From an uncultured Bacillota bacterium (GTDB taxonomy: Bacteria; Sysuimicrobiota; Sysuimicrobiia; Sysuimicrobiales; Segetimicrobiaceae), in NCBI GenBank assembly GCA_963804645.1, contig CAWDRG010000017.1:736001-800000 (forward strand): a DNA stretch of 64,000 nt. The letters run 5' to 3'. Under the pieces are notes generated by a model. That model saw only the letters and a list, made by a program, of their open reading frames with translations, did no database searches and had not been told where the DNA came from. A program made the position numbers and the translations under genes. This document shows, one piece after another, positions 1-10,847 of this stretch (position 1 is the stretch's first letter; every line of letters begins with the position of its first letter).

Positions 1-1123
1 GGACCGGGCGTGCCGCCGCCGGCCCACGCGCCGTCGCCTGCTGATACCGCCACGGATCTCCGGGTTCGGGCATGCCCGGGGACGCTCGCGAGGGGTCGAT
101 CCGATCGCGCCACTCCGCGGCGTACGCCTTCGACAGCAGCCCCTCGATAGGCACCTCGACGAAGCGAGGATCTCCGTAGTAGGCATGCCGGTCGGCAAAC
201 GCCGCCTTCAGGGCCTCCACGATCAGATGCAGGCTCTCGGCGGAATTGTGGGCCAGGGACTGGAGATCGAAGCCCTCGAGGATGTTGAGCGTCTCCGGAA
301 CGACCGGGCCCTGGCACCACGGCCCGCACGCGAAGACGTCGAAGCCGCGGTAGCTCGTCCGCACCGGCGGTTCGACCGCCACGTCAAAGCCGGAGAGGTC
401 GTCGACGTCGAGGAGCCCGCCCATCTCCTGGTTCAGCGACACCATCCGCTGCGCGATCTCCCCGGTGTAGAAGCGGTCCCGCGCCGCCCGCAGGCCGGCG
501 ACGCGGCTGTGCCCCCGCTCCGCTTCAACCAGCAGGCGCAGCGTACTGCCCACGTCCCGCTGGACCAGCAGCTCTCCCGGGTGCGGCGTGCGGCCCCGGC
601 TCAGGTAGACCTCGCGGGACGCCGGCCACTGCGCCAGGCGGGCCGCGGCGCTCGCGAGATTGGCCGCGAGAAACCGGTTCACCGGGAATCCTTCCTCGGC
701 GAGCTCGATCGCAGGCGCGGCCACGGCTCCCAGGGGCATCGTGCCGTACTCCGCGAGCGCCCGCAGCCACGCGCCGATCGCCGCCGGCATCACGGTGGTG
801 AGAATCCCCCCGGACAGGTCGGCGCGCCGCTTTGTGAGCTCCTCGATCGTCGCGGCCTTCGGCCACCAGCCGAGCCCGCTGATCGTCACGACGACCCGGC
901 TTTGCGCCGTCCGGAGAATGATGGGCGCCACGCCGCCGATGTTCGTCAGATCCGGCTGCACGACGTTGAGACACAATCCGGTCGCGACGCCCGCGTCGAC
1001 GACGTTGCCGCCCATCTCGAGGACACGCGCCCCCGCCATGCTCGCCAAATAGTGTCCCGACGTCACCACGTACTTGCGGCTGAGCACGGGCGGACGCGTG
1101 GTGGGAAGCGCATCGAACTCCAT
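1..1123 (-). CDS. ggt: Gamma-glutamyltransferase family protein (3' end runs off window)
   Basis: Manual translation from ATG at 1123: MEFDALPTTRPPVLSRKYVVTSGHYLASMAGARVLEMGGNVVDAGVATGLCLNVVQPDLTNIGGVAPI, a typical GGT N-terminus. Absent from the ORF track because there is no stop in the window. Confidence 0.9.
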   Translation of the reverse strand, partial: MEFDALPTTRPPVLSRKYVVTSGHYLASMAGARVLEMGGNVVDAGVATGLCLNVVQPDLTNIGGVAPIILRTAQSRVVVTISGLGWWPKAATIEELTKRRADLSGGILTTVMPAAIGAWLRALAEYGTMPLGAVAAPAIELAEEGFPVNRFLAANLASAAARLAQWPASREVYLSRGRTPHPGELLVQRDVGSTLRLLVEAERGHSRVAGLRAARDRFYTGEIAQRMVSLNQEMGGLLDVDDLSGFDVAVEPPVRTSYRGFDVFACGPWCQGPVVPETLNILEGFDLQSLAHNSAESLHLIVEALKAAFADRHAYYGDPRFVEVPIEGLLSKAYAAEWRDRIDPSRASPGMPEPGDPWRYQQATARGPAAARPV

Positions 1124-1256
1124 CGGGCGTACCCCCCAGTTCAAGTTGCGACACGTCATGGCGGCGGGCGAGGCGCCGCCAGACTAGACGGTGCCGGGGG
1201 CGCACGCGGGTGCGCCCCCGGCCCTCAGGCGTGCATCGGTCCGAGCCCGCGAGGCG

Positions 1257-2858
1257 TTACTTGAGCGACACCAGATCCAGCCGCCACAGCCCGGTGACGG
1301 GAAACTGCACGAACCCGTCGACGTTCGCGCGGGCCGCGCGCACGAGCTGCAGGTTGTTGACAAAGATCCACGGCGCGTCGTCGTGCGTGATCGCGTTGAT
1401 CTCCTTGTACATCTCGGCCCGGCGCGCCTGATCGGTGATGGAGCGCGCCTGCGCGAACAGCTGGCTCACCACCGGATTGTGGTACCGGCCGTAGTTCGAC
1501 CCGGCAAACGCGTGCGACGCCTCGTTGTAATCAAACCGCACGCTCAGCATGTTGTCGGGGTCGCCGTTGTCCCCCGACCCACCGAACAGCGCCATCCCCT
1601 GCCAGGGGGTGTGGCGGATCTTGTCCAGGTACGCGCCGAACTCGAACTGCTGAATCCGGACGGTGACGCCCACCTTCGCGAGGTACGGCTGCACGGCTTC
1701 CGCCAGCTTGTCGCCGCCCGCCGGATTGTACGACCGCGCGCTGGAATACGTGAGCAGGTCCGTCGTGAACCCGTTCGGGTAGCCCGCCTCGGCGAGCAGC
1801 TTCTTCGCCATGTCGGGATCGTACGGGTACGGCTTCACCGCCGGGTTGTACGCCCAGTACGGGGCGGACACGGCCTGGCTCGAGGTGGCCGCGCCGGCGT
1901 AGAGCCCCTTGTTGATCGCGTCCTTGTCCACCGCGTAGTTCATCGCCTTCCGAACCCGCACGTCGTTGAACGGCGCGGCGTCGACCGCCATCCCGACTCC
2001 GAGCGTCAGCAGCGCCGGTGCCCGCATCAGCTTCAAGGCCTTGTTCCCGCTGATCCGGTCGTAGTCCGAGGGGAGCACATCGAGCACGATCTGGACCTGA
2101 TTGCGCTCGAGCGCCAGCAACCGCGTCGTGCTCTCGGGGATGATCTGAAACACCACCCGATCCATCTTCGGGCGCCCGCGCCAGTACGTCGGGTTTGCCG
2201 CCAGGGTCACGTGGTCCGACGGCGCCATCTCGACAAACTTGAACGGACCGGTCCCGACCGGATGATTGGCCATATCGCAGCCGTACTGCTTGGTCACCGC
2301 CGGGCTCATGATGCCGGACGAGACCATCGCCAGGCTCGCGAGGAACCCCGCGTTCGGCACCGGCAGCGTGAACCGCACCGTCGACGCATCAACCGCCTCG
2401 ATCTTCGCGGCCGTCCCGGCCGCCACCGATCCGAATGTGAAACCGTCAAACGACGCCACGCCTTTCAACCCCGGCACGTAGCAGGGATTCTGCGGGTTAA
2501 CCGCGCGATCAAGGTCCGCGGCGACCGCCTGCGCGGTCACCGGCGTGCCGTCCTGGAACGTCACCCCGCTGCGCAGCTTGAACGTGTACGTCTTGCCGTC
2601 CGGCGAGATCGTCCAGCTCTCCGCGAGCCCGGGCGCCGGAACGGTCGACCCCAGCTTGTAGCTGACCGGCGAGTCGTAGATGGAAGATTCGATATACCAC
2701 GATTCGTTGTCCAGGTTCGTCTGCGGATCCAACCCGGTCGGGTCCCCCTGCAGCGCCACGACAAGGGTCTTCGGCGCCTGGGCGTCCGCCAGACTCCACA
2801 ACCCGGCGGCGAACACAACCATGAGCATGATAATCAGACCTCGATGGAACATGCGCAT
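1257..2858 (-). CDS. ABC transporter substrate-binding protein, family 5 (DppA/OppA-like)
   Basis: Signal peptide; PGLAESWTISPDGKTYTFKLRSGVTFQDG and PVGTGPFKF motifs. Confidence 0.93.
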   Translation of the reverse strand: MRMFHRGLIIMLMVVFAAGLWSLADAQAPKTLVVALQGDPTGLDPQTNLDNESWYIESSIYDSPVSYKLGSTVPAPGLAESWTISPDGKTYTFKLRSGVTFQDGTPVTAQAVAADLDRAVNPQNPCYVPGLKGVASFDGFTFGSVAAGTAAKIEAVDASTVRFTLPVPNAGFLASLAMVSSGIMSPAVTKQYGCDMANHPVGTGPFKFVEMAPSDHVTLAANPTYWRGRPKMDRVVFQIIPESTTRLLALERNQVQIVLDVLPSDYDRISGNKALKLMRAPALLTLGVGMAVDAAPFNDVRVRKAMNYAVDKDAINKGLYAGAATSSQAVSAPYWAYNPAVKPYPYDPDMAKKLLAEAGYPNGFTTDLLTYSSARSYNPAGGDKLAEAVQPYLAKVGVTVRIQQFEFGAYLDKIRHTPWQGMALFGGSGDNGDPDNMLSVRFDYNEASHAFAGSNYGRYHNPVVSQLFAQARSITDQARRAEMYKEINAITHDDAPWIFVNNLQLVRAARANVDGFVQFPVTGLWRLDLVSLK

Positions 2859-2979
2859 CGTTCGTTGTTCCTCCCTCTGTTGGCCTCAGATGGTCGGGCG
2901 AGATGTGCGGTGTGTGTTCTACGCGTTCGGTACGCGGGCTCGGTCTCCTGCCCCCGGCGCCCATCCGGGCGCGGGGCGC

Positions 2980-3264
2980 CTACCCGTTCTGCCACTCGAT
3001 TCCGAACCCGCCGCGCGGCAGCCGCCAGTCGATGTTGCGGTAGGGGCAACCCAGCACGCATGTCGTGCACTCGATGCAGTTCTCGAAGGACACGGCGATC
3101 TTCTCGCCGTCCCACGCGTACACGTTGGCGGGGCAAAAGGTCGTGCAGGGGCGCTTCCACTCCCCGCCGCACCGGTCGAGGCACGTGTCCGCGCGCGTGA
3201 TCGAGATATGGCTCTGCTTGTCGTGCTTCCAGTGCAGCGTGTAGAGCTTCTCCTCGATCTTCAT
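2980..3264 (-). CDS. fixX: FixX-type ferredoxin
   Basis: CTTFCPANVY and CIECTTCVLGCP motifs, C-terminal WRLPRGGFGI; overlaps the fixC stop. Confidence 0.88.
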   Translation of the reverse strand: MKIEEKLYTLHWKHDKQSHISITRADTCLDRCGGEWKRPCTTFCPANVYAWDGEKIAVSFENCIECTTCVLGCPYRNIDWRLPRGGFGIEWQNG

Positions 3265-4568
3265 CGCATCGCCCTCCACCCGTCGATCGCGTCGTGCAGC
3301 AGCTGCCACCACGGCCGGCGTGCGAGCACGCGCCGGAGGATCCGCCGCTGCTTCTCGCGCTTGCTGGTCCCGTCGACCGTCAGCATCTCCTGCACCGCTT
3401 CATTCAGGATCGCCGGGTAGAGCTCGAGCAGCTCCGGCCGCCGCTCCGCCAGCTCCGGGAGGCGTTCGTACTTGCGCAGATCTTGCAGCACGAACGACGC
3501 CTCGAGGAGGTCCCGGTAGGTCGACAGCGTCCGCGCCGACCAGTCGCCCGCCCGCTTCGCCTGGATCGCGGTCTCGCCCGCCATGCGGCCGGCCGCCATC
3601 GCGAGGTTGCTGCCTTCGCGGTGGAGGTTGTTGACCATCATCGCCGCGTCGCCCACGACGAGCACGCCGTCGCCGTACAGCCGGGGCATCGCGCGGAACC
3701 CGCCCTCCGGGATCGCGTGGCCGAGGTACTCGCGGACCTCGCCGCCGCGCAGCAGCGGGGCGACGAGCGGGTGCGTCTTGAACCCCTCAAGCAGATCCCA
3801 GGGGGTGATGCGCGTTTGGGCGAAGTGCGCGATCAAGGCACCGATCCCCACGGACAGCGACTCTTTGTTGGTGTAGACGAACCCGTACCCCGCCATGCCG
3901 CGCGTGACCGAGCCGTAGACCTCGATCGTCGCCCCGTGTCCCGGCTCCAGGTTGAAGCGCTCCTCGATCGTGCCCGCCGGCAGCGCGATGATCTCCTTGA
4001 CGACGAGCGCCATCTCGGTCGCCTCGAGCGGCCGCGACAGCCCCGCCTTCTGCACCAGGAACGAGTTGGCGCCGTCGGCGATGACGACGAGCGACGCCCG
4101 CAGGTCGCCGTCCTCGCGCCCCGTGCGCACGCCCACGACGCGCCCCTGCTCCTGGATCAGATCCACGACGGTGGTGCCGGGAACGAGCAGCACCCCCGCG
4201 GCCTCGGCCTGCGCGGCAAACCACGCGTCGAACGGCACGCGCAGCACCGTGAACGCGTTCGGCGGATCGGCGGAGGCCGCGTGGGGCACGTGCCGCTGGC
4301 CGAGCGTGACGGCGCTGTCGGGGGTGGTCATCCACACGCGCTCGTCCGTGACGACGCGTTCGATCGGGGCCTCGGGCCAGCTGTCGGGCACCACGTCGGC
4401 CAGCATCCGGCCGTACATGACGCCGCCCATCACGTTCTTCTGGCCGGGCCGCTCCGCGCGCTCGAACAGCACGACGCTCAGCCCGGCCCGCGCCATCGTC
4501 AGCGCGGCCGACGTGCCGCCGGGGCCGGCCCCGACGACGATCGCGTCGAACTGCTCGTCGGAACCCAT
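3261..4568 (-). CDS. fixC: FixC-type FAD-dependent ETF:quinone oxidoreductase
   Basis: FDAIVVGAGPGG FAD motif, ERAERPGQKNVMGG, IPEGG, VGDAA..EGSNLAM; start MGSDEQ at 4568. Confidence 0.88.
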   Translation of the reverse strand: MGSDEQFDAIVVGAGPGGTSAALTMARAGLSVVLFERAERPGQKNVMGGVMYGRMLADVVPDSWPEAPIERVVTDERVWMTTPDSAVTLGQRHVPHAASADPPNAFTVLRVPFDAWFAAQAEAAGVLLVPGTTVVDLIQEQGRVVGVRTGREDGDLRASLVVIADGANSFLVQKAGLSRPLEATEMALVVKEIIALPAGTIEERFNLEPGHGATIEVYGSVTRGMAGYGFVYTNKESLSVGIGALIAHFAQTRITPWDLLEGFKTHPLVAPLLRGGEVREYLGHAIPEGGFRAMPRLYGDGVLVVGDAAMMVNNLHREGSNLAMAAGRMAGETAIQAKRAGDWSARTLSTYRDLLEASFVLQDLRKYERLPELAERRPELLELYPAILNEAVQEMLTVDGTSKREKQRRILRRVLARRPWWQLLHDAIDGWRAMR

Positions 4569-4579
4569 GTCGCTGGTTT

Positions 4580-6013
4580 CTACTTGAGCGCCAGGACCGC
4601 CTGCTGCACGAAGTCCCAGAACCCTCCCGGGAGGATCCCGAGCCAGAGCACCCCGACCGCGGCGAGGGCGAGCGCGACGCCGACCGGGAAGTTCGCCCGC
4701 ACCGTGACCCCCTCGGGGGTCCCGGGGCTCAGCGCGACGTAGGCGACGCGGAAGTAGTAGTACACGGAGACCACGCTCGTAAGCACCGCGACGATCGCGA
4801 GCGCCGTCTGCCCGCCGGCCAGTGCCGCCCGGAACAGATACAGCTTGCCGAGGAAGCCGCCGGTGGGCGGGAGCCCGGCGAGCGAGAGCATGCACAGCAC
4901 GAGCACCCCGCCGGCCCAGGGCGCGCGCCAGAACAGCCCCGCGAGGTCCTCGAGCCGGTCCGCCTCCTCGCCGCGGCGCTCGAGCAGCACCACCACTCCG
5001 AACGCGCCCAGGTTCATCACCGTGTACACGAGGAGGTAGTACAGCACGGCCGGGACGCCGACGGCGGCGGGCGCAGCGATCCCGATGAGCAGGTAGCCCG
5101 CGTGCGCGATGCCGGAGTACGCCAGGAGGCGCTTGAGGTTGGTCTGGAACAGCGCGGCCAAGTTGCCGAGGATCAGCGTCGCGATCGCGATCGCCGCGAG
5201 CACCGGCACCCACGTGGCGGCGAGCTGCGGCAGCGCGAGCGGAAACACGCGCAGGAGGCCGCCGAACGCCCCGACCTTCGCGACCACGGACATGAACGCC
5301 GTGGCCGGGAGCGGTGCGCCCTCGTAGACGTCGGGCGCCCACGCGTGAAACGGCACCAGCGCCGCTTCAAACCCGAGCCCGATCGTCAGGAGCGCGATGC
5401 CGACCCCGAGCAGCGGCGACAGCGGGGCCTGCCCGATCTGCGCGAGGTCGAGCGTGCCGGTCGCGCCGTAGATCAGCGCGATCCCGTACACGAAGAACGC
5501 GGTCGCAAACGCTCCCAGCAGCAGGTACTTCAGCCCCGCTTCCTGCGAGCGCGGGCTGCGCGCCGCCAGGCCCGCGAGCGTGTACAGCGGGAAGCTCAGG
5601 ATCTCGAGGCCGAGGAACAGGACGACGAGGTTGCGGCTCGCCCCCATGAGAATCGCGCCCGCGGCGGAGAACAGGACGAGCGCGTAGTACTCGCCCTGCG
5701 GCAGGTGGAACCGCCGGAGATAACCCGGGGCGAGCAGCACCGCGAGCCCCGCACCGACCAGCGCGGCGAGCGTAATCGCCTGCGTCAGGTGGTCGCGCAC
5801 GTACATGCCCCCGAACGCGACCGGATCCGCCGGCAGCCCCACGTTGAGGGCCAGCGCGACGCACACGCCGATGAGAGCCAGCCACGTTGTGGCCGGGCCG
5901 CGCGGCGCCTCGAGCCGCGGTCCGGTCGCCCACGTATCGGCCAGCAGGACCACGAACGCGGTTGCGACGAGCGCGAGCTCCGGTCCGATGTGCGCGAGAT
6001 CTCCCCAGGGCAT
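4580..6013 (-). CDS. nuoN: NADH-quinone oxidoreductase subunit N
   Basis: EAGLKYLLLG, PFHAWAPDVYEGAP, KRLLAYS; operon position. Confidence 0.95.
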   Translation of the reverse strand: MPWGDLAHIGPELALVATAFVVLLADTWATGPRLEAPRGPATTWLALIGVCVALALNVGLPADPVAFGGMYVRDHLTQAITLAALVGAGLAVLLAPGYLRRFHLPQGEYYALVLFSAAGAILMGASRNLVVLFLGLEILSFPLYTLAGLAARSPRSQEAGLKYLLLGAFATAFFVYGIALIYGATGTLDLAQIGQAPLSPLLGVGIALLTIGLGFEAALVPFHAWAPDVYEGAPLPATAFMSVVAKVGAFGGLLRVFPLALPQLAATWVPVLAAIAIATLILGNLAALFQTNLKRLLAYSGIAHAGYLLIGIAAPAAVGVPAVLYYLLVYTVMNLGAFGVVVLLERRGEEADRLEDLAGLFWRAPWAGGVLVLCMLSLAGLPPTGGFLGKLYLFRAALAGGQTALAIVAVLTSVVSVYYYFRVAYVALSPGTPEGVTVRANFPVGVALALAAVGVLWLGILPGGFWDFVQQAVLALK

Positions 6014-7552
6014 CTAGCGCGCCGCCTGTCCCGCGGGCCGGTCGGCCCGCGCCACCGCGTGCGCCGGCTGCGCGGACGCCGTCACCCGGCTCAGCAGGGC
6101 GTTGACCGTGGCCGCGCTCCGATCGAGAAACGGCTGCGGGAAGAAGCCGACCCAGAAGATCGCCGCGATGATCGGGATGAACAGCAGCAGTTCGCGTGGG
6201 CGCAGGTCGGGCATGCCGCGCAGGTCTTCCCGCACCGGCCCGTGGAACACCCGGCCGACGAACCCGAGCAGATACGCCACCGCAGCGACGACGCCGAGGG
6301 TCGCCAGCACCGCCGCCTCGGGCCGCGCCTGGAACGTCCCGAGCAAAATCAGAAACTCCCCGATGAACCCGTTCGTGCCCGGCAGCGCGAGGGAGGAAAG
6401 CACGACGATCATCGCCACCGCGGCGAGCGCCGGCACGAGCGCGGCGATGCCGCCGTACTCCTGCGTGCGCGCGCGGCCGGTCCGCTCGATGAGCATACCC
6501 GCGAGCAGAAAGAGCGCGCCCGTGCTCACGCCGTGATTGATCATCTGGATCAGGCTGCCCTGCACGGCGGTCGCGTCGAGCGCGAAGATCCCGAGCAGGA
6601 TGAACCCCATGTGGCTCATGCTGCCGTATGCGAGCAGCCGGCGCATGTCGCCCTGGGCCCACGCCACGCTTCCGCCGTAGAGGATCCCGACGATGGCCAG
6701 CCCGGAGAGCAGCGGCCCGAACGCGCGCGACGCCTCCGGGAACAGCGGCAGGCAGAATCGCAGGAGCCCGTAGGCCCCCGCCTTCGCCATGAGCCCCGCC
6801 AGCAGCACGGTCACGACCGCCGGCGCCTCCGCGTACGCGTCGGGCAGCCAGCTGTGCAGCGGCCAGACGGGCATCTTGATCGCAAACGCGACCGCGAACG
6901 CCAGGAACAGGACCGTCTCGGCGGTGCCGGTCAGCCCGAGCGGATGGGAGAGAAGCGTCGGCAGATCGAACGTCGAGCCGCCGGGTTGGTGCGCGGACTG
7001 GAGGTAGACCGCGATGATCGCCAGCAGCATGAGCACACTGCCCGCCATCGTGTACAGGAAGAACTTGATCGCCGCCGGAGAGCGCCGCGGACCGCCCCAG
7101 AGCGCGATCAAGAAGTACATCGGAACGAGCATCGCCTCCCAGAACACGTAGAACAGCACGAGGTCCTGCGCCATGAACGTCCCGAGCAGGCCGGCCTCGA
7201 GCAGCAGCAGCATCACGACAAACGCCTTCGGGCGCTCCCGCACTTGGGTGCCCGCGGCCACGAGCGCGATCGGGAACAGGAACGCGACGAGCGCCACAAG
7301 GCTCACCGACAGGCCGTCTACGCCGAGGTGGTAGCCGAGGCCGAGCGACGAAACCCATGCCGCGCGCTCCTCGAACTGCAGCGCGGCGCTGCCCGGCGCG
7401 AAGTGCGCCCAGACCCACGCCGCCGCCGCAAACACCGCGAGCATCGCGGTCAGCGCGGCGGCGCGCGCGCCGCGCTCGCTGAGGGCGCTCGCCGCCACGA
7501 CCGCCCCGAGGAGCGGCAGCGCGATGAGGAGCGTCAGCGGACCCGGCGTCAC
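6014..7552 (-). CDS. nuoM: NADH-quinone oxidoreductase subunit M
   Basis: FYVFWEAMLVPMYFLI, AIKMPVWPLHSWLPDA. Confidence 0.95.
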   Translation of the reverse strand: MTPGPLTLLIALPLLGAVVAASALSERGARAAALTAMLAVFAAAAWVWAHFAPGSAALQFEERAAWVSSLGLGYHLGVDGLSVSLVALVAFLFPIALVAAGTQVRERPKAFVVMLLLLEAGLLGTFMAQDLVLFYVFWEAMLVPMYFLIALWGGPRRSPAAIKFFLYTMAGSVLMLLAIIAVYLQSAHQPGGSTFDLPTLLSHPLGLTGTAETVLFLAFAVAFAIKMPVWPLHSWLPDAYAEAPAVVTVLLAGLMAKAGAYGLLRFCLPLFPEASRAFGPLLSGLAIVGILYGGSVAWAQGDMRRLLAYGSMSHMGFILLGIFALDATAVQGSLIQMINHGVSTGALFLLAGMLIERTGRARTQEYGGIAALVPALAAVAMIVVLSSLALPGTNGFIGEFLILLGTFQARPEAAVLATLGVVAAVAYLLGFVGRVFHGPVREDLRGMPDLRPRELLLFIPIIAAIFWVGFFPQPFLDRSAATVNALLSRVTASAQPAHAVARADRPAGQAAR

Positions 7553-9433
7553 CGCGACACCCAGTACACGAGGATCGCCAGCACCCCGACCAGCGCGTAC
7601 GCGGCGTACTGCCGCAGAAAGCCGGTCTCGAGGCGGCTGAGGTCGCGGCCCGCGCGGCCGACCCCGCGCCCGAGGCCGGTCACCGCCCCGTCGAGTTCGT
7701 CCCGGTCGAACACGGCGAGGAGCCGCGCCGTGCCCTGGACCGGCCGGACGATCAGCGCGTTGTACAGGTCCTCGATGTAGAACTGGTGCGCGAGCAGCGC
7801 GTGGATCGCGCGGGACCCGCCGCGCACCAGGCGCTTGTCATAGATCAGCCACGCGACCACCAGGCCCGCGAGCGCGACCACGACGCTCGCGCCGACCAGG
7901 ACCACCTCGCCCCGCGTCGACTCCGCGGGCAGCGGACCGGCGCCGGCGGCCAGGACCGGCGCGAGGAACCGCGCCAGATCGCCGGGGCTCGTGAACGACA
8001 GGCCGAGCAGGCCGCCGAACAGCGTGAGCACCGCGAGCACGTCCATCGGCACCATCATGATCCTGGGTGACTCGTGCGGCGCGTGCCCCGCGGCGGCCGG
8101 CTGCCGCGGGCTGCCGAGGAACGTCATCACGAACGCGCGGACGATGTAGATCGCGGTGAGACCGGCAGCCGCCAGCCCGACCGCCCAGAGGGCCACGTGG
8201 CCGTAGTGGAAGTCGGCGGAGAGAATCTCGTCCTTGCTGAAGAACCCCGTGAACGGCGGGATGCCGGCGAGCGCCAGCGCGCCGATCGCGAACAAGCAGC
8301 GTCGTACGCGGCAGCGGCCGGGCGAGCCCGCCCATCTGCCGCATGTCGGTGGTGCCCCCGAGCGCATGCATCACGCTGCCCGCGGCGAGGAACAGCAGCG
8401 CTTTGAAGAACGCGTGCGACGTCAGATGGAAGATGCCGGCGCCCCACGCGCCGACCCCGACCGCGAGGAACATGTAGCCGAGCTGGCTGATCGTCGAATA
8501 CGCGAGGACGCGCTTCAGATCGTTCTCGACGAGCGCCCAGCAGGCGGCAAAGATCGCGGTGGCGCCGCCGACGACCGCCACCACCTCCATCGCCAGCGGC
8601 GCGCGCAGGTAGACGGCGTGCAGCCGCACGATCATGAACACGCCCGCGGTCACCATCGTCGCGGCGTGGATCAATGCGCTGACCGGAGTCGGGCCCTCCA
8701 TCGCGTCGGGCAGCCAGATGTAGAGCGGCAGCTGCGCGGACTTCCCGGTCGCGCCCAGGAACAGCAGCAGGCACAGCAGCGTCGCCGCGGTGCCCCCGAG
8801 CGGCAGCCGCGCGATCGCGCTGCGGGTCAGGATCCCGAAGTCCGACGTCCCGAAGATGCCGAACGCGAGAAAGATGCCGAGCAGGAAGCCGACGTCGCCG
8901 AGCCGGGTCACGAGAAACGCCTTGACCCCCGCCGCGGCCGCCGCGGGCCGCGTGAACCAGAACGCGATCAGCAGGTAGCTGCACAGCCCGACGCCTTCCC
9001 AGCCGATGAACATCACGACGAGGTTCGCGGCCAGCACCAGCGTGAGCATCGCCGCCGTAAACAGGTTCAGGTAGGAGAAGTACCGGGCGAACCCCTCGTC
9101 GTCGGCCATGTAGCCGACGGAGTAGAGGTGAATCAGCCCGCCGACGCCGGTGACGATCAGCGCCATCGTGACCGACAGCGGGTCGATCAGGAGGCGCATG
9201 GGCACGTCGATCGGCCCGGCCGTGAACCAATGGTACAGATCCACCTGGAACGAGCGCGCCTCCGGCGGCAGCGCCTCGAGCGTGCGCAGCAGGACGACCG
9301 ACAGGACGAACGACGCGGCGACCGTGCCGCAGCCGAGCACCGCGGCGGCCCCCCGCCCCCAGCGGCGTCCCCACAGGCCGTTCGCGGCCCATCCGAGGAG
9401 CGGAAACAGCGGGACCCAGATCGCGGCGGTCAT
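7549..9433 (-). CDS. nuoL: NADH-quinone oxidoreductase subunit L, interrupted by a single-base insertion near 8295
   Basis: ORF 7838..9433 has GWEGVGLCSYLLI, GKSAQLPLYIWLPDAMEGPTPVSALIHAATMV and HAFFKALLFL; ORF 7549..8367 continues with FAIGALALAGIPPFTGFFSKDEIL. Confidence 0.92.
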
Positions 9434-9436
9434 CCG

Positions 9437-9742
9437 CTATCCCCGCAGCAGGTCGACATCGTCGACGTCCACGGTGTCGCGGGCGCGAAAGATATTCACG
9501 ATGATCGCGAGCCCGATCACGACCTCGGCGGCCGCCACCACCAGCACGAAGAACACCACGATCTGGCCGTCGACAGCCCCCCGGACCCGCGCGAACGTCA
9601 CCAGCGTGAGGTTCACCGCGTTCAGCATCAACTCGACGGACATGAACACGACGAGGGCCGACCGGCGCACGAGCACGCCGAGCGTGCCGAGCGCAAACAG
9701 GACCGCGCTGAGCCCGAGATAGCAGACCGCGGGCACGCTCAC
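9437..9742 (-). CDS. nuoK: NADH-quinone oxidoreductase subunit K
   Basis: [23 protein letters not shown]. Confidence 0.95.
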   Translation of the reverse strand: MSVPAVCYLGLSAVLFALGTLGVLVRRSALVVFMSVELMLNAVNLTLVTFARVRGAVDGQIVVFFVLVVAAAEVVIGLAIIVNIFRARDTVDVDDVDLLRG

Positions 9743-10287
9743 CGCCCGACGACCCCGCGCCGCGCGGGCGGCGCGCCCAAGGGCGCCGGGCGCTTGCTGA
9801 GCGCCACCGCGCCGATCATCCCCACGATCAGCACGATCGACGCGGCCTCAAACGGCAGGGCGTACACGGTGAACAGCGCCCGGCCGACCTGCTGCACCGT
9901 GCCGTAGTCCGCGCCGACGGAGGCCGCCGGGCCCCGCACGGTGGCGGCCGCGGCGACCAGCAGCGCGGCGAACGCGGCGCTCAGCACGATCGCGAGCGCC
10001 GGCGGCAGCACGCGGTCGGGACGCCCCTCGCCGCTGCGCGTGTTCAGGAGCATGACGATAAACACGAACAGGACCACGATGGCACCGGCGTAGATGATCA
10101 CCTGGAGCGCGGCGATAAACTGCGCGCCGAGCAGCAGGTAATCCGCGGCGAGGCTGATCAGCACGAGCAGCAGGCCCAGCACGCTGTGCACCGGCTCCCG
10201 CGCCGCGATGACGCCCACGCCGCCGGCGAGCGCGAGCACCGCCGTGACGGCGAACAGGACCCCTTCCACGCAGTACGCCTCCCCCAC
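9739..10287 (-). CDS. nuoJ: NADH-quinone oxidoreductase subunit J
   Basis: [29 protein letters not shown]. Confidence 0.94.
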   Translation of the reverse strand: MGEAYCVEGVLFAVTAVLALAGGVGVIAAREPVHSVLGLLLVLISLAADYLLLGAQFIAALQVIIYAGAIVVLFVFIVMLLNTRSGEGRPDRVLPPALAIVLSAAFAALLVAAAATVRGPAASVGADYGTVQQVGRALFTVYALPFEAASIVLIVGMIGAVALSKRPAPLGAPPARRGVVGR

Positions 10288-10323
10288 GCGCCCCCGTCCC
10301 CCGGCCGGGCCGGGCGGGCGGCG

Positions 10324-10845
10324 CTAGACCTCGCGGTGCGGATCTCGCCCGGATTCCCCCGGATAGCTTTCTTGCAGCCGGTCCTTCGTGTAGATCAGCG
10401 ACTCCCGCGTGTACCCGCTCAGCTCGTACTCGTGCCCCAGCACGATGGCGCCGGTGGGACACGCCTCCTCGCACATGCCGCAGAAGATGCAGCGGAGCAT
10501 GTTGATCTGAAAGTCCGCCGCGTAGCGCTCCCCCTTGGAGTGCGGCGCGAGCTCGTCGTTTTCCGCGGCCTTGACGAAGATCGATTGGCTGGGACACACG
10601 ATCACGCACAGCTCGCACCCGACGCAGCGCTCCATGCCGTCGGCGAACAGCGTGAGGTAGTGGCGCCCCTTGAACCGCGGCTTGACGACCGTGTGCTGCT
10701 CCGGATACCGGATCGTGACCGGCGGGCGGAAGAAGTACCGGCCGACGATGACGAGGCCGCTCAGCATCTTCCACGCCCGGTGGATGTGCCGCAGCGCCTT
10801 CAGCACCTTCCACGCCCGGCCGACGCGCCGCAACTCCTCGCCCAC
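10324..10845 (-). CDS. nuoI: NADH-quinone oxidoreductase subunit I
   Basis: CVGCELCVIVCP and CIFCGMCEEACP 2x[4Fe-4S] motifs; start taken at GTG 10845 just after the nuoH stop. Confidence 0.93.
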   Translation of the reverse strand: MGEELRRVGRAWKVLKALRHIHRAWKMLSGLVIVGRYFFRPPVTIRYPEQHTVVKPRFKGRHYLTLFADGMERCVGCELCVIVCPSQSIFVKAAENDELAPHSKGERYAADFQINMLRCIFCGMCEEACPTGAIVLGHEYELSGYTRESLIYTKDRLQESYPGESGRDPHREV

Positions 10846-10847
10846 CG

